A stretch of 64,000 nt of DNA from Escherichia coli (GTDB lineage: Bacteria; Pseudomonadota; Gammaproteobacteria; Enterobacterales; Enterobacteriaceae): NCBI RefSeq assembly GCF_048403405.1, contig NZ_CP183129.1; one strand, written 5' to 3'. This document shows, piece after piece, positions 55,401 through 64,000 of the stretch; position 1 is the first letter of the stretch, and each line of letters begins with the position of its first letter. The translations under genes were made by a program, and so were the position numbers. Under the pieces are notes generated by a model. The model was not told the DNA's origin. It made no database searches and saw only the letters and a list, made by a program, of their open reading frames with translations.

Positions 55401-56021
55401 GTGCTAGACCGCCATCTTCATCCCCGAATTAAACCTTTGTTGCATCAGTGTGTGAAGGTGCTGGATAAACCCGGCATCACGCCAGATGGTTTAACATTAG
55501 TGGGATTTGCCATCGGTGTGCTGGCACTGCCTTTTCTGGCGCTGGGCTGGTATCTGGCGGCGCTTGTCGTCATTTTGTTAAACAGGCTGCTTGATGGTCT
55601 GGACGGTGCGCTGGCGCGGCGCAGAGGGCTTACCGACGCGGGCGGCTTTCTCGATATTTCTCTCGATTTTCTCTTTTACGCGCTGGTGCCGTTTGGTTTT
55701 ATTCTTGCTGCACCGGAGCAAAATGCGCTGGCAGGCGGCTGGCTGCTGTTTGCGTTTATCGGTACGGGCAGCAGTTTTCTCGCCTTTGCTGCACTGGCAG
55801 CAAAACATCAGATTGATAACCCCGGTTATGCACATAAGTCGTTTTACTATCTGGGGGGATTAACCGAAGGCACTGAAACGATCTTACTGTTTGTGCTGGG
55901 ATGTTTATTCCCTGCATGGTTTGTGTGGTTTGCGTGGATCTTCGGTGCGTTGTGCTGGATGACGACCTTTACGCGGGTGTGGAGTGGGTATCTGACGCTG
56001 AAGTCGCTCCAGCGTCAGTAA
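55401..56021 (+). CDS. ynjF: CDP-alcohol phosphatidyltransferase-family membrane protein
   Basis: Start taken at GTG 55401, 5 nt after AAGGAG (206 aa); motif DGLDGALARRRG. Confidence 0.85.
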   Translation: MLDRHLHPRIKPLLHQCVKVLDKPGITPDGLTLVGFAIGVLALPFLALGWYLAALVVILLNRLLDGLDGALARRRGLTDAGGFLDISLDFLFYALVPFGFILAAPEQNALAGGWLLFAFIGTGSSFLAFAALAAKHQIDNPGYAHKSFYYLGGLTEGTETILLFVLGCLFPAWFVWFAWIFGALCWMTTFTRVWSGYLTLKSLQRQ

Positions 56022-56029
56022 TTGCAATG

Positions 56030-57337
56030 TTATTTGCTGCTGTCCGGGCCGCGTTCACCGGTTGCAACCGGATTTTTTGGATCGCTGCTCCATTCGTACC
56101 AGCCGCCGTCGTAAACGGAGACGTTATTCCAGCCCATTGCTCGTGCGTACATAAAGGTTTCGGATGCGCGCCAGCCGGTGCCGCAGTAGAATGAAACTTG
56201 CTGATCTGGCTTGATATTCCATGCTTTCCACATAGCGGTAATATCATCGGCGCTACGCATGGTGCCATCCGGGTTATGGAAATCTTCCATATGCGTCGAG
56301 TCGCTACCAGCGTGTCCCCAACGTGCTCCGGCTATTTCACCTTTTGGTTTAATATAGCTGTAACCGCTGGTCGTACCGATAAATTCTGGCCACGAACGAA
56401 TGCTCACCAGCGATGCATCCTGGCGATGCAGCAGTCCACGCGCCTGTTCCATATCAAGCATCAGTTGCGGTTGTGCCGGGATCTTCACGCCGAAATCCGG
56501 TTCCGCTTTCACTTTCGGTGGCGTTCCGCGCTCAACAGGCAGTCCCGCGTCGGACCAGGTTTGCCAGCCGCCATCCAGCAGGCGCACATCTTTCACGCCG
56601 GCATAAAGCATTATCTGCGCCACACGCGCTGCAGCGTATACGTCACGCCCGTACAGAATGACCGTGGTGTCATGGCGAATGCCGTGTTTTGCCAGCATCG
56701 CTTTTAGTTGTTCATCAGAAACTTTGTTCCACAGCGGTTCGCTTTCCACTTCGTTGGTATCGATGTAGTCAGCGCCGGGAATATGACTGATAAGGTAAAG
56801 CTTAGGAGCGCCCCAGGCCGCTTCAATGACTTTCCAGTCACCGGCAGGTTTCGCCGTAACCTCTTTACCTTGTTGCAGGTCGTGCAGCCATTGCGGATAA
56901 ACCAGCTGCTCAAAGTGCGGCAGTTTTTGCAGACGGGAAGGTTCACTTAGCGCGTCACTCAGGATGGAGATATGCGTAAAACCTGCTTTTTGCAGACGCG
57001 TTTTGACGGCATCGACATCTTTGTCATTACCGTACAGCGCAACCGGAGCATCGGCTTTCAGGTTATGTAGCTTGATCCACGCGTTAAGCTGTTCGGTGCT
57101 CATTTTGTCGAGCCAGCTGGCAGAGAGGTTTAAGGCGGCAGGCTCATGACCAGAAGGGCCATTTAAGATTTGTGGCCAGCCGTTATAAAACGCGCTGGGG
57201 CGAGTATCTATCGCTTTGCCATTTTGTTGTTGAAGCTGGTCAAGTGTAAGAGGCTTCGCCAGTTCAGCGGCCCACGAAGAAGCGCAAGCCAGCCCTAAAG
57301 CCATTGCCAGCGCGGTCATTTGAGAAACACGTTTCAT
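56030..57337 (-). CDS. ynjE: periplasmic thiosulfate sulfurtransferase (rhodanese domains)
   Basis: Start taken at MKRVSQMTALAMALGLACASSWA… (435 aa); catalytic cysteine motif CGTGWR. Confidence 0.9.
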   Translation of the reverse strand: MKRVSQMTALAMALGLACASSWAAELAKPLTLDQLQQQNGKAIDTRPSAFYNGWPQILNGPSGHEPAALNLSASWLDKMSTEQLNAWIKLHNLKADAPVALYGNDKDVDAVKTRLQKAGFTHISILSDALSEPSRLQKLPHFEQLVYPQWLHDLQQGKEVTAKPAGDWKVIEAAWGAPKLYLISHIPGADYIDTNEVESEPLWNKVSDEQLKAMLAKHGIRHDTTVILYGRDVYAAARVAQIMLYAGVKDVRLLDGGWQTWSDAGLPVERGTPPKVKAEPDFGVKIPAQPQLMLDMEQARGLLHRQDASLVSIRSWPEFIGTTSGYSYIKPKGEIAGARWGHAGSDSTHMEDFHNPDGTMRSADDITAMWKAWNIKPDQQVSFYCGTGWRASETFMYARAMGWNNVSVYDGGWYEWSSDPKNPVATGERGPDSSK

Positions 57338-57403
57338 CGAAAATCCCGACATTGTAGTTTTGAGTGCGCCATTCTGAACTGACGCATTGGGAAAAACTTT
57401 GCG

Positions 57404-58057
57404 TTATCGCAGTTTGTTGTAATTTTCTGACCACTGCGCCATATCCAGAACAGAACTATCAGCAGGAACATCCTGGAGATCGTGCGTTACCTGAACGACT
57501 GGGATCGCCTGGGCGCGAACTTCGCTGAACACCCACTGGCGAAAATTATCGCGCAGAGCTACATCAAGACGGCTGAATGGCTCATCCAGTAGCAACGCTT
57601 TTGGCTGAGCGAGAAGAGCGCGAAGCAGAGCAACGCGCGCTCGCTGACCGCCAGACAAAGTGGCAGGATCCTGATGGAACATACCGCCAAGCCCCGCACG
57701 CTCCAGCGCATCATTTACCGCATCGCGCCTTGCAACACCTTTGAGTGCCGCTGGCAGAGCCAGCAGTAAATTTTGCCCGACGCTGAACTGGTCAAATAAC
57801 AGTGCATCCTGGAAAAGAATGCCAATCTGACGCTCTGCGGTGGGTAGCATGTCAATCCGTTGCTCATTGAGCCATAGCTCACCTGTACAAGAAAACTGTC
57901 CGGCCAGCGCACCAATCATCCATGAAAACAGAGTGGATTTTCCACAGCCAGACGGCCCCATTAACGTGACAATGTCACATTTATCCACCGTAAAGTTAAC
58001 GTTTGTCAGCAAGCAGCTTTCTGGTAAACGTAGCGAAACATTTTTCACGCAGAGCAT
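57404..58057 (-). CDS. ynjD: ABC transporter ATP-binding protein
   Basis: Start taken at MLCVKNVSLRL… (217 aa); Walker A GPSGCGKST, signature LSGGQRARV, Walker B LLLDEP. Confidence 0.9.
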   Translation of the reverse strand: MLCVKNVSLRLPESCLLTNVNFTVDKCDIVTLMGPSGCGKSTLFSWMIGALAGQFSCTGELWLNEQRIDMLPTAERQIGILFQDALLFDQFSVGQNLLLALPAALKGVARRDAVNDALERAGLGGMFHQDPATLSGGQRARVALLRALLAQPKALLLDEPFSRLDVALRDNFRQWVFSEVRAQAIPVVQVTHDLQDVPADSSVLDMAQWSENYNKLR

Positions 58058-59592
58058 TAGCGGAGTCCTTGTCTGACATAACCTACCCATTTTGCGACTA
58101 ACGCGGTCAGGGCAAAAATAATAAGCGGCAACAGTAGTTGCCATAAAGCCTGGGCGGCGAGAATACCGTTGCTGCCGCCGCTGCTTAATGCCACCGCTTC
58201 AGTGGTGAGCGTCGGAAAACGCCCCGCGCCCAGCCACAGCGTCGGCATATACTGTGCAATACTGACTGAAAATCCCACCGCGAAGACAATCAGCGCAGGG
58301 CGTAGCATGAGTGGGCATTTCACGTAAAAGAAGATTTTGGCCCGCGACCAGCCCAGTGTTTGCGCAATCAAAATTAACCGTGAATCAATGCGCTGCCAGG
58401 CGGGTTGCAGGATAAACAGCATCCACGGCATTACCCACAGCAGATGCCCCCAGACCACCGCCGTCCAGCTTCCATCCAGGTTTAGCCATAGCGCCAGCGT
58501 GTACTGGCCCGCCACCAGTGGCAGAGCGGGTAATAAAATGGGCAACCATAGCCACAACTGGCGACGTTGTGGCCCCCATTCCAGCCACAGCAGTAACAGG
58601 AGCAAAGCGATGAATGTCGCCACCAGCCCCATTGTCAGGCTGTTGATGAGCGCTTCACTATTGATCGTCGACTGATCCGCGAGGATCGCCAGCAGAACCA
58701 CACACAGCACACCGGTCAAGGGTAAAAAACTCGCCAGCGTATTGCCTGGCAATAAAGACGTGGCAGGCTTACGAACGCCATCTACGCGGGGAATATTACG
58801 CCGCCAGCCACGCCATAGCAGATAGCCCAGCAAAACGTAGGCGGCGAGTAACAGCATCAGCAGCAGGCTGGCGAGTGCGCCTTTCGTTTGTTGATCGGCG
58901 TCGCCCTGAGTTAACCACTGCCAGCTAATTACTGCCAGCGTCGGGGGATTACCTGGCCCAAGGATAATCGCCACATCCACGACCGACAGCGACCAGGCGA
59001 CAATCGCCAGCATCGCCATTGCCAGTGCAGGTGCGACGGAGGGCAACAACAGCCAGTTCAGGCATTGCCAGCGGCTGTAGCCCAGCGAATCCAGTACAAT
59101 GACCTGCTGCAACAGCCGTTTTTCGCTCAATACTGCTGCTAAGATCCACAGCAGAAATGCGCTTTCTTTCACTGCAAGGGTGAGGCCCAGCCCAATACCC
59201 AATTTGTCCATTGGCGGAGTGAAATACGGGAAATAGTCATAAAGCAGCCCTCCGTCAGCAAAGAGCAGAAGGGCGCTGGTGGCAAAAGCCACATGGGGAA
59301 TGGCGAGCAGCCACGGCAGACGGGCGCACATACGCTGCCATTTCGGCCCTGGCCACAGCGCCACAATCACCAGCAGGGCAATCAACAACGCCCCGACCGC
59401 CGCGATGGTTGTCGACACCAGCGTTGCCAGTAATGCCTGCGGTAACTGTGGATCGGCAAATAACGTCTGCCAGTGTGTCAACGACAAAGCAGGCGATATC
59501 AGCGTGAGAGCTGCCGGGATCAGCGGTGCATAAATCACCGCCACCATCGCCCACAGCAAAAAGATTAATGCGTACCGTAACGGTGTAGCCAT
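58057..59592 (-). CDS. ynjC: ABC transporter permease (two fused permease domains)
   Basis: Start taken at MATPLRYALIFLLWAM… (511 aa); stop overlaps ynjD start (TAATG). Confidence 0.88.
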   Translation of the reverse strand: MATPLRYALIFLLWAMVAVIYAPLIPAALTLISPALSLTHWQTLFADPQLPQALLATLVSTTIAAVGALLIALLVIVALWPGPKWQRMCARLPWLLAIPHVAFATSALLLFADGGLLYDYFPYFTPPMDKLGIGLGLTLAVKESAFLLWILAAVLSEKRLLQQVIVLDSLGYSRWQCLNWLLLPSVAPALAMAMLAIVAWSLSVVDVAIILGPGNPPTLAVISWQWLTQGDADQQTKGALASLLLMLLLAAYVLLGYLLWRGWRRNIPRVDGVRKPATSLLPGNTLASFLPLTGVLCVVLLAILADQSTINSEALINSLTMGLVATFIALLLLLLWLEWGPQRRQLWLWLPILLPALPLVAGQYTLALWLNLDGSWTAVVWGHLLWVMPWMLFILQPAWQRIDSRLILIAQTLGWSRAKIFFYVKCPLMLRPALIVFAVGFSVSIAQYMPTLWLGAGRFPTLTTEAVALSSGGSNGILAAQALWQLLLPLIIFALTALVAKWVGYVRQGLR

Positions 59593-60734
59593 TCTTGTTC
59601 CAGCGCATTTACCCAACCTGCGTGCGGTTCAGCCAGTACCGGCGGCAGATCCTGCGGCATTCTCGATTGCAATGTTTCGCGCTGCCCGTCAGGCAGTTTT
59701 TGCGGATCGAGAACAGAAGGATCGCCCCAGACAGCGGGATCTGCTTTACGCAATTGCGCATCGGGTGAGAGCAGGAAATTGGCAACTACCTTCGCCGCAG
59801 CACTGGCATTCGCGTTGGCAGGAATGGTGACGAAATGGACGTTGCCAATCATCCCCTCGCGAAAACCAAAACTGTAACTGCTTGCAGGCAAATCGCCGCT
59901 GGCGATTTTTTGCTGCGCATGAGCAGGATTAAAGGTCAGCGACAGGCGCAATGTGCCGGCTTTCAGCAGAGCATCCATCCGCGCGGGCGAAGGCGGGAAA
60001 TCCTTTCCTTCGCGCCATAAATACGGATGCAGTGCATCAAGATATTGCCACAAGGGCGCAGTGACACGGGCGAAAGTCGCAACGTCCGGGGTTTCTTTTA
60101 AAGCTGCGGGATCGGGCGTCAGCATAATCAGCAACTGTTCAAGAAACGCCGTGCCGGTAAAGTCCGGTGGGCGCGGATAGGTAACCGTGCCAGGATTGGC
60201 TTTAGCAAACTCCAGCAACGCTTGCGGCGTTTGTGGTGGCTGTGGCGTAACATCGCGGCGGGCGATAAACGTCAGTTGTGCGCCACCCCAGGGCGATTCA
60301 GCCCCTTCTGTAGGCACTGAAAAATCTTCCCGCACCGGCAGCTGTGTGTCGACATAGCGCCAGTTGGGCAGAGTCTCCACCCAGCCCGTTTGTAATAAAT
60401 TGGCCTCTTTTAAGGTGCGGAAGTTTTCGCCGTTCACCCAGAGCAGATCCACCGAACCGCCTGTTTTGCGTCCGGCAGCAGCTTCGGTCTGAATGCGCTT
60501 CACCGCGTCTGCGGCATCCGCGAGACGAACAATCTTCAGGTTTATAGCGTAATGGGTTTTCATCTCGCCGCTAACCCAGTCGAGATAGCGGTTAATTGCC
60601 GTATCGCCGCCCCAGGCGTTAAACCAGACGGTTTGCCCTTTGGCGTCGTTTTTGATTTCCTGCCAGTCACTGGCATGTGTTGCCAAAGAAAACAGCGATA
60701 ACAATCCCAGCAACCACACACAATGGCGCATCAT
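59565..60734 (-). CDS. ynjB: ABC transporter periplasmic substrate-binding protein
   Basis: 389-aa ORF with signal peptide; 3' end overlaps the ynjC start. Confidence 0.88.
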   Translation of the reverse strand: MMRHCVWLLGLLSLFSLATHASDWQEIKNDAKGQTVWFNAWGGDTAINRYLDWVSGEMKTHYAINLKIVRLADAADAVKRIQTEAAAGRKTGGSVDLLWVNGENFRTLKEANLLQTGWVETLPNWRYVDTQLPVREDFSVPTEGAESPWGGAQLTFIARRDVTPQPPQTPQALLEFAKANPGTVTYPRPPDFTGTAFLEQLLIMLTPDPAALKETPDVATFARVTAPLWQYLDALHPYLWREGKDFPPSPARMDALLKAGTLRLSLTFNPAHAQQKIASGDLPASSYSFGFREGMIGNVHFVTIPANANASAAAKVVANFLLSPDAQLRKADPAVWGDPSVLDPQKLPDGQRETLQSRMPQDLPPVLAEPHAGWVNALEQEWLHRYGTH

Positions 60735-60740
60735 CTCTCC

Positions 60741-61289
60741 TTAAGAACGTTTTTCAGGAATACGGCACAGCCCCTGAGCGGGAATGTCCATGGCAGAATT
60801 AAAACGGGCTGACAGGTTTTGCAGTCCGATCAATGCCGTCAGTTCGGTGAGCGCCTGGGCGTCAAAATGCGCAGCCAGTCGGGTACGCAGGGCATCATCG
60901 ACCGTTGGCGGCGTTACGCTTGCGGCTTCGGCGTACTCCAGCGCCAGCCGTTCTTCATCGCTAAAAAGCGGGCTTTGCCGCCAGTCAGCCACTGCCAGCA
61001 GTTTATCGGTGCTGCCAGTGCGCTCGGCGACTTTCATACTGGTGATATCCACGCAAAACTCACACAGACACATTTGCGCAATGCGCGCGCTGACAAGCGA
61101 TCGCACTACTGGATCCAGCGGTGAGCGTTTGCGCTCCAGCCAGCCGACAAACATCGACACCAGATAAAAGATAAACGGGATCCGCCCCCACCAGCGAATC
61201 GGGCTTAGCACCTCGCCGTAATGGCGACGATGCAGCCACGCCTGCGGACGTAAAATGAAAGGAATTTTGCTAAGCGGCGGTAAACCCAT
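60741..61289 (-). CDS. ynjA: carboxymuconolactone decarboxylase / AhpD-like protein
   Basis: 182-aa ORF. Confidence 0.88.
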   Translation of the reverse strand: MGLPPLSKIPFILRPQAWLHRRHYGEVLSPIRWWGRIPFIFYLVSMFVGWLERKRSPLDPVVRSLVSARIAQMCLCEFCVDITSMKVAERTGSTDKLLAVADWRQSPLFSDEERLALEYAEAASVTPPTVDDALRTRLAAHFDAQALTELTALIGLQNLSARFNSAMDIPAQGLCRIPEKRS

Positions 61290-61996
61290 CAGGCATTCCT
61301 CTTCTGGCGCTCAAGCCATATTTTCTTCGCCATAAAAATCACCACGGTCAGGGCAAACAGAATAAACAGTCCGGTGATAAACCAGAAAGTACCGCCTGTT
61401 AACATGCTGCCCGCCCAGGAATAAACAATAGTCGCCGGTAACTGACCAAGCCCGGTGGCGATAATAAACGAGCGAAAACGTATTGAAGTCAAACCGGCAG
61501 CATAGCTTACGGGATCAAAAGGCACAAAAGGCAATAATCGGCATACCAGAATGGTGTGTTTACCATAGCGGGTAAAAAAGCCGTCCATACTATTGAGTAC
61601 CGTTTTACCCGTTAACTTTTCCACCACTTCGCGGCCCATCACTCTGGCGATAAAAAAGCACAGCGCCGCGCCGGCCATCGAACTGGTCCACGACAGCAAG
61701 CCGCCCCAGAGCGCGCCAAACAGCGACGCATTGGCAAAGGTGATCAAAAACGCAGGTAGCGGTGCAGCAATGGCCTGTAAAATCATCAACAAGAACGAGA
61801 CAACTGCCGCCAGTGCGCCGTAAGACTGAATAAAGCGTTCTATACCCTGTTGGTCCACGGCGGCAAACGCCGCAACGCTGCGATTGATAAACTCATGGAC
61901 GCCGGGAAGCAGCGCCCATGCCAGCAGCATAGCGAACAACAGGATGATGAGGGTTATACGGTAATACCAGATTTTTCGCGATTGCATCTTCATCAT
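61289..61996 (-). CDS. ydjZ: TVP38/TMEM64 (DedA-related) inner-membrane protein
   Basis: 235-aa hydrophobic ORF; 1-nt overlap with ynjA. Confidence 0.88.
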   Translation of the reverse strand: MMKMQSRKIWYYRITLIILLFAMLLAWALLPGVHEFINRSVAAFAAVDQQGIERFIQSYGALAAVVSFLLMILQAIAAPLPAFLITFANASLFGALWGGLLSWTSSMAGAALCFFIARVMGREVVEKLTGKTVLNSMDGFFTRYGKHTILVCRLLPFVPFDPVSYAAGLTSIRFRSFIIATGLGQLPATIVYSWAGSMLTGGTFWFITGLFILFALTVVIFMAKKIWLERQKRNA

Positions 61997-62010
61997 CCTT
62001 TATTCTGGCT

Positions 62011-62688
62011 TTATTCGGTGATTTTAAAGGTAACCGTTGCCAGCGTGTTATCCGCCGGGAGAACCGAGGCATTGCCTTTGAATTTAACTTCACCTCGTTT
62101 TTCAACCGCACCATAAGTGTATGTTGCATTGCTGACGATGCCGACCGGGCAGCTATCCAGACACACCAGGCAGCCCGTTTTCTTCTCTTCTGCTGCCGTT
62201 AAATTACCGCCAAAGCGCATGTCCAGTTTCTTGCCATTACTGTCAACAATCACTTCATCGAAGGAATACGCTTTTGCCGCCCCTTGCCAGTTGACCGAAA
62301 TATCCAGTTTGCTGCCTGTGACATGAGTCGTTTCTTTATTATCCATCGTCATATTTTCGCCTGGCGTACCACCGACCTCTTTCAGGGCTTCATAAAATGC
62401 TTTCGGGGTCGCATAACCCATAAACAGCGATTTATGTCCGTTGGAGCCATCTTTAAACACAATACCGTGACGAGTGTCGTCGGTAAGGAAACGACCATTA
62501 ATTTGCACCAGCATGGTTACCGTATGGTTATTGGCATCGACGCGCAGCGGTTGGCTGTTCGAAAGTTCGTCGTATTCCACTTTTGCCGCCGCATTCTCTT
62601 TTTGATCGCAGCCGCTAAGCCCGGCAACAGCCAGTAAGCAGAGTGCAGTCAGTCCTTTTTTCCATGACGCTGAATAATGTTGCAACAT
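62011..62688 (-). CDS. ydjY: lipoprotein of unknown function
   Basis: Start taken at MLQHYSASWKKGLTALCLLAVAGLSGC… (225 aa) with lipobox LSGC; the longer track ORF has no plausible signal peptide. Confidence 0.82.
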   Translation of the reverse strand: MLQHYSASWKKGLTALCLLAVAGLSGCDQKENAAAKVEYDELSNSQPLRVDANNHTVTMLVQINGRFLTDDTRHGIVFKDGSNGHKSLFMGYATPKAFYEALKEVGGTPGENMTMDNKETTHVTGSKLDISVNWQGAAKAYSFDEVIVDSNGKKLDMRFGGNLTAAEEKKTGCLVCLDSCPVGIVSNATYTYGAVEKRGEVKFKGNASVLPADNTLATVTFKITE

Positions 62689-62692
62689 CGTT

Positions 62693-63403
62693 CTATCCTT
62701 CATTTTTTGGGTGAGTAAGTGGGCTGCGGCGCGAAGCAGACAGATCCACATGTTTGTGTCGAGCATAGAGTTTGGCGAGCTGGACGAGAATAAACAGCGC
62801 CAGGCCCGCCAGACAGAGTTGTAAAATAAAGCGCAGCGTAATGCCTTCATTGGCGAGATCGCTTGCCATCACGGTATAAATAACAATACCGGGCAGAGTC
62901 GTAAGTGCTGAAATAAGGGTATAAGGCCAGAAGGCGATTGTGGTTAATCCGTAAGCGTAATTTTGAATATTGTAAGGAAACAACGGGATTAAGCGGGTCA
63001 GAATAAGAAAATCAATACCGTTACGCGCAATGCCTTTCTCAATGGCCTGGAAGGTATGGCTATGGCCAACGTATTTCAGCAGTAAATCACGTCCCAGCCA
63101 GCGCGCCAGCAGGAATGAGCACGAGGAGGCCAGCGTGGCGGCAATTAATGATAGTAGTGTCCCTAAGAGCGGGCCAAAAACTATTCCTCCAGCGATCACC
63201 AGTATGCTTCCTGGTAACAGAAAGAGGGTGGCAATGATGAATAACAGAATATAGAGGCTATAACCGAACAATCCGCTCTGGCGAATGAGTGTCAGTAAAT
63301 GAGGTAAATCGGTGAGCAGCTCGAATAAACCGAAAGCGTGGAAAGCGTAAATGACCAGCGCAAAAATAAGACAGGCAAAAAGAAATTTACGCTCAGCGTT
63401 CAT
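62693..63403 (-). CDS. ydjX: TVP38/TMEM64 (DedA-related) inner-membrane protein
   Basis: Start taken at MNAERKFLFACLIFALVIYAF… (236 aa). Confidence 0.85.
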   Translation of the reverse strand: MNAERKFLFACLIFALVIYAFHAFGLFELLTDLPHLLTLIRQSGLFGYSLYILLFIIATLFLLPGSILVIAGGIVFGPLLGTLLSLIAATLASSCSFLLARWLGRDLLLKYVGHSHTFQAIEKGIARNGIDFLILTRLIPLFPYNIQNYAYGLTTIAFWPYTLISALTTLPGIVIYTVMASDLANEGITLRFILQLCLAGLALFILVQLAKLYARHKHVDLSASRRSPLTHPKNEG

Positions 63404-63569
63404 TGTGGAGTTTCCTATATCAAACTTGATAATAGAGAAGTGGTCAGACAACTAAAAACGCAGTGACGGTATAACAAAGGGCGGCAGGCAACAAATCATT
63501 ACTGACAGTTTGTTGATTTTTCTCAAGGTTAATTCTCCTGACCCAGTTTGAGCCAGGAGAACAGCTAAA

Positions 63570-64000
63570 TTAGCGGCGGAAGGTCGCCCAGACGGGGGCG
63601 TGATCGGACGGTTTTTCCATGCTGCGGATTTCATAGTCGATGCCGGTTTCTACGCAACATTCTGCCAGCGGTTGGCTGGCGAGAAGCAGGTCGATACGCA
63701 GACCGCGGTTATCGTCAAAACCTTTTGAGCGGTAATCAAACCATGAGAAACGATCGGCTGTTTGCGGATTCGCATGGCGGAAGGTATCGACCAACCCCCA
63801 GCTCATCAGTCTCTCCATCCATTCGCGTTCTTCCGGAAGGAAAGAGCATTTTCCGGTACGCAGCCAGCGCTTACGGTTCTCTTCGCCAATGCCAATATCC
63901 AGGTCGCCAGGACTGATATTCATATCGCCCATAATCAGCACCGGATTTTCACGCTTGAGTTCGGTTTCCAGGTAGTTTTGCAGATTCTGATAAAACTGCG
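63570..64000 (-). CDS. xthA: exodeoxyribonuclease III, partial (5' end beyond window end)
   Basis: Minus-strand frame open to the window edge; C-terminus …[16 protein letters not shown] with catalytic His. Confidence 0.88.
   Translation of the reverse strand, partial: QFYQNLQNYLETELKRENPVLIMGDMNISPGDLDIGIGEENRKRWLRTGKCSFLPEEREWMERLMSWGLVDTFRHANPQTADRFSWFDYRSKGFDDNRGLRIDLLLASQPLAECCVETGIDYEIRSMEKPSDHAPVWATFRR

Noticed and set aside
63452-63634. 60-aa minus-strand ORF between xthA and ydjX
   Set aside because: Overlaps the xthA stop region in another frame; no ribosome-binding site.

Overview
This window reads as an ordinary Escherichia coli core-chromosome segment, colinear with the K-12 xthA-to-sdaA interval but in inverted orientation. 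I recognise about 70 protein-coding genes by their translated products and gene order, and found no rRNA, tRNA, CRISPR array, insertion sequence, prophage or integrase. I do not see a new biological system here; the content is housekeeping and metabolic genes plus several poorly characterised clusters: the ydjLKJIHGFE sugar-catabolic cluster, the yeaG-yeaH kinase pair, the ynjABCD-ynjE transporter/sulfurtransferase cluster, and three GGDEF c-di-GMP genes. The most notable observations are three disrupted genes (fadD, ydjF, dgcJ), two of them at poly-G runs, an apparent absence of ynjI between topB and gdhA, and a repeated ATCTG/CAGAT array upstream of ydjL that may be an operator. Three small-protein genes (yoaH, yoaJ, yoaK, yoaI are all under 60 codons) fall below the ORF-track cutoff and were read directly from the sequence. 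All identifications are from reading the sequence and recalled protein families and lengths; no database search was run, and coordinates of hairpins and binding sites are hand-counted.
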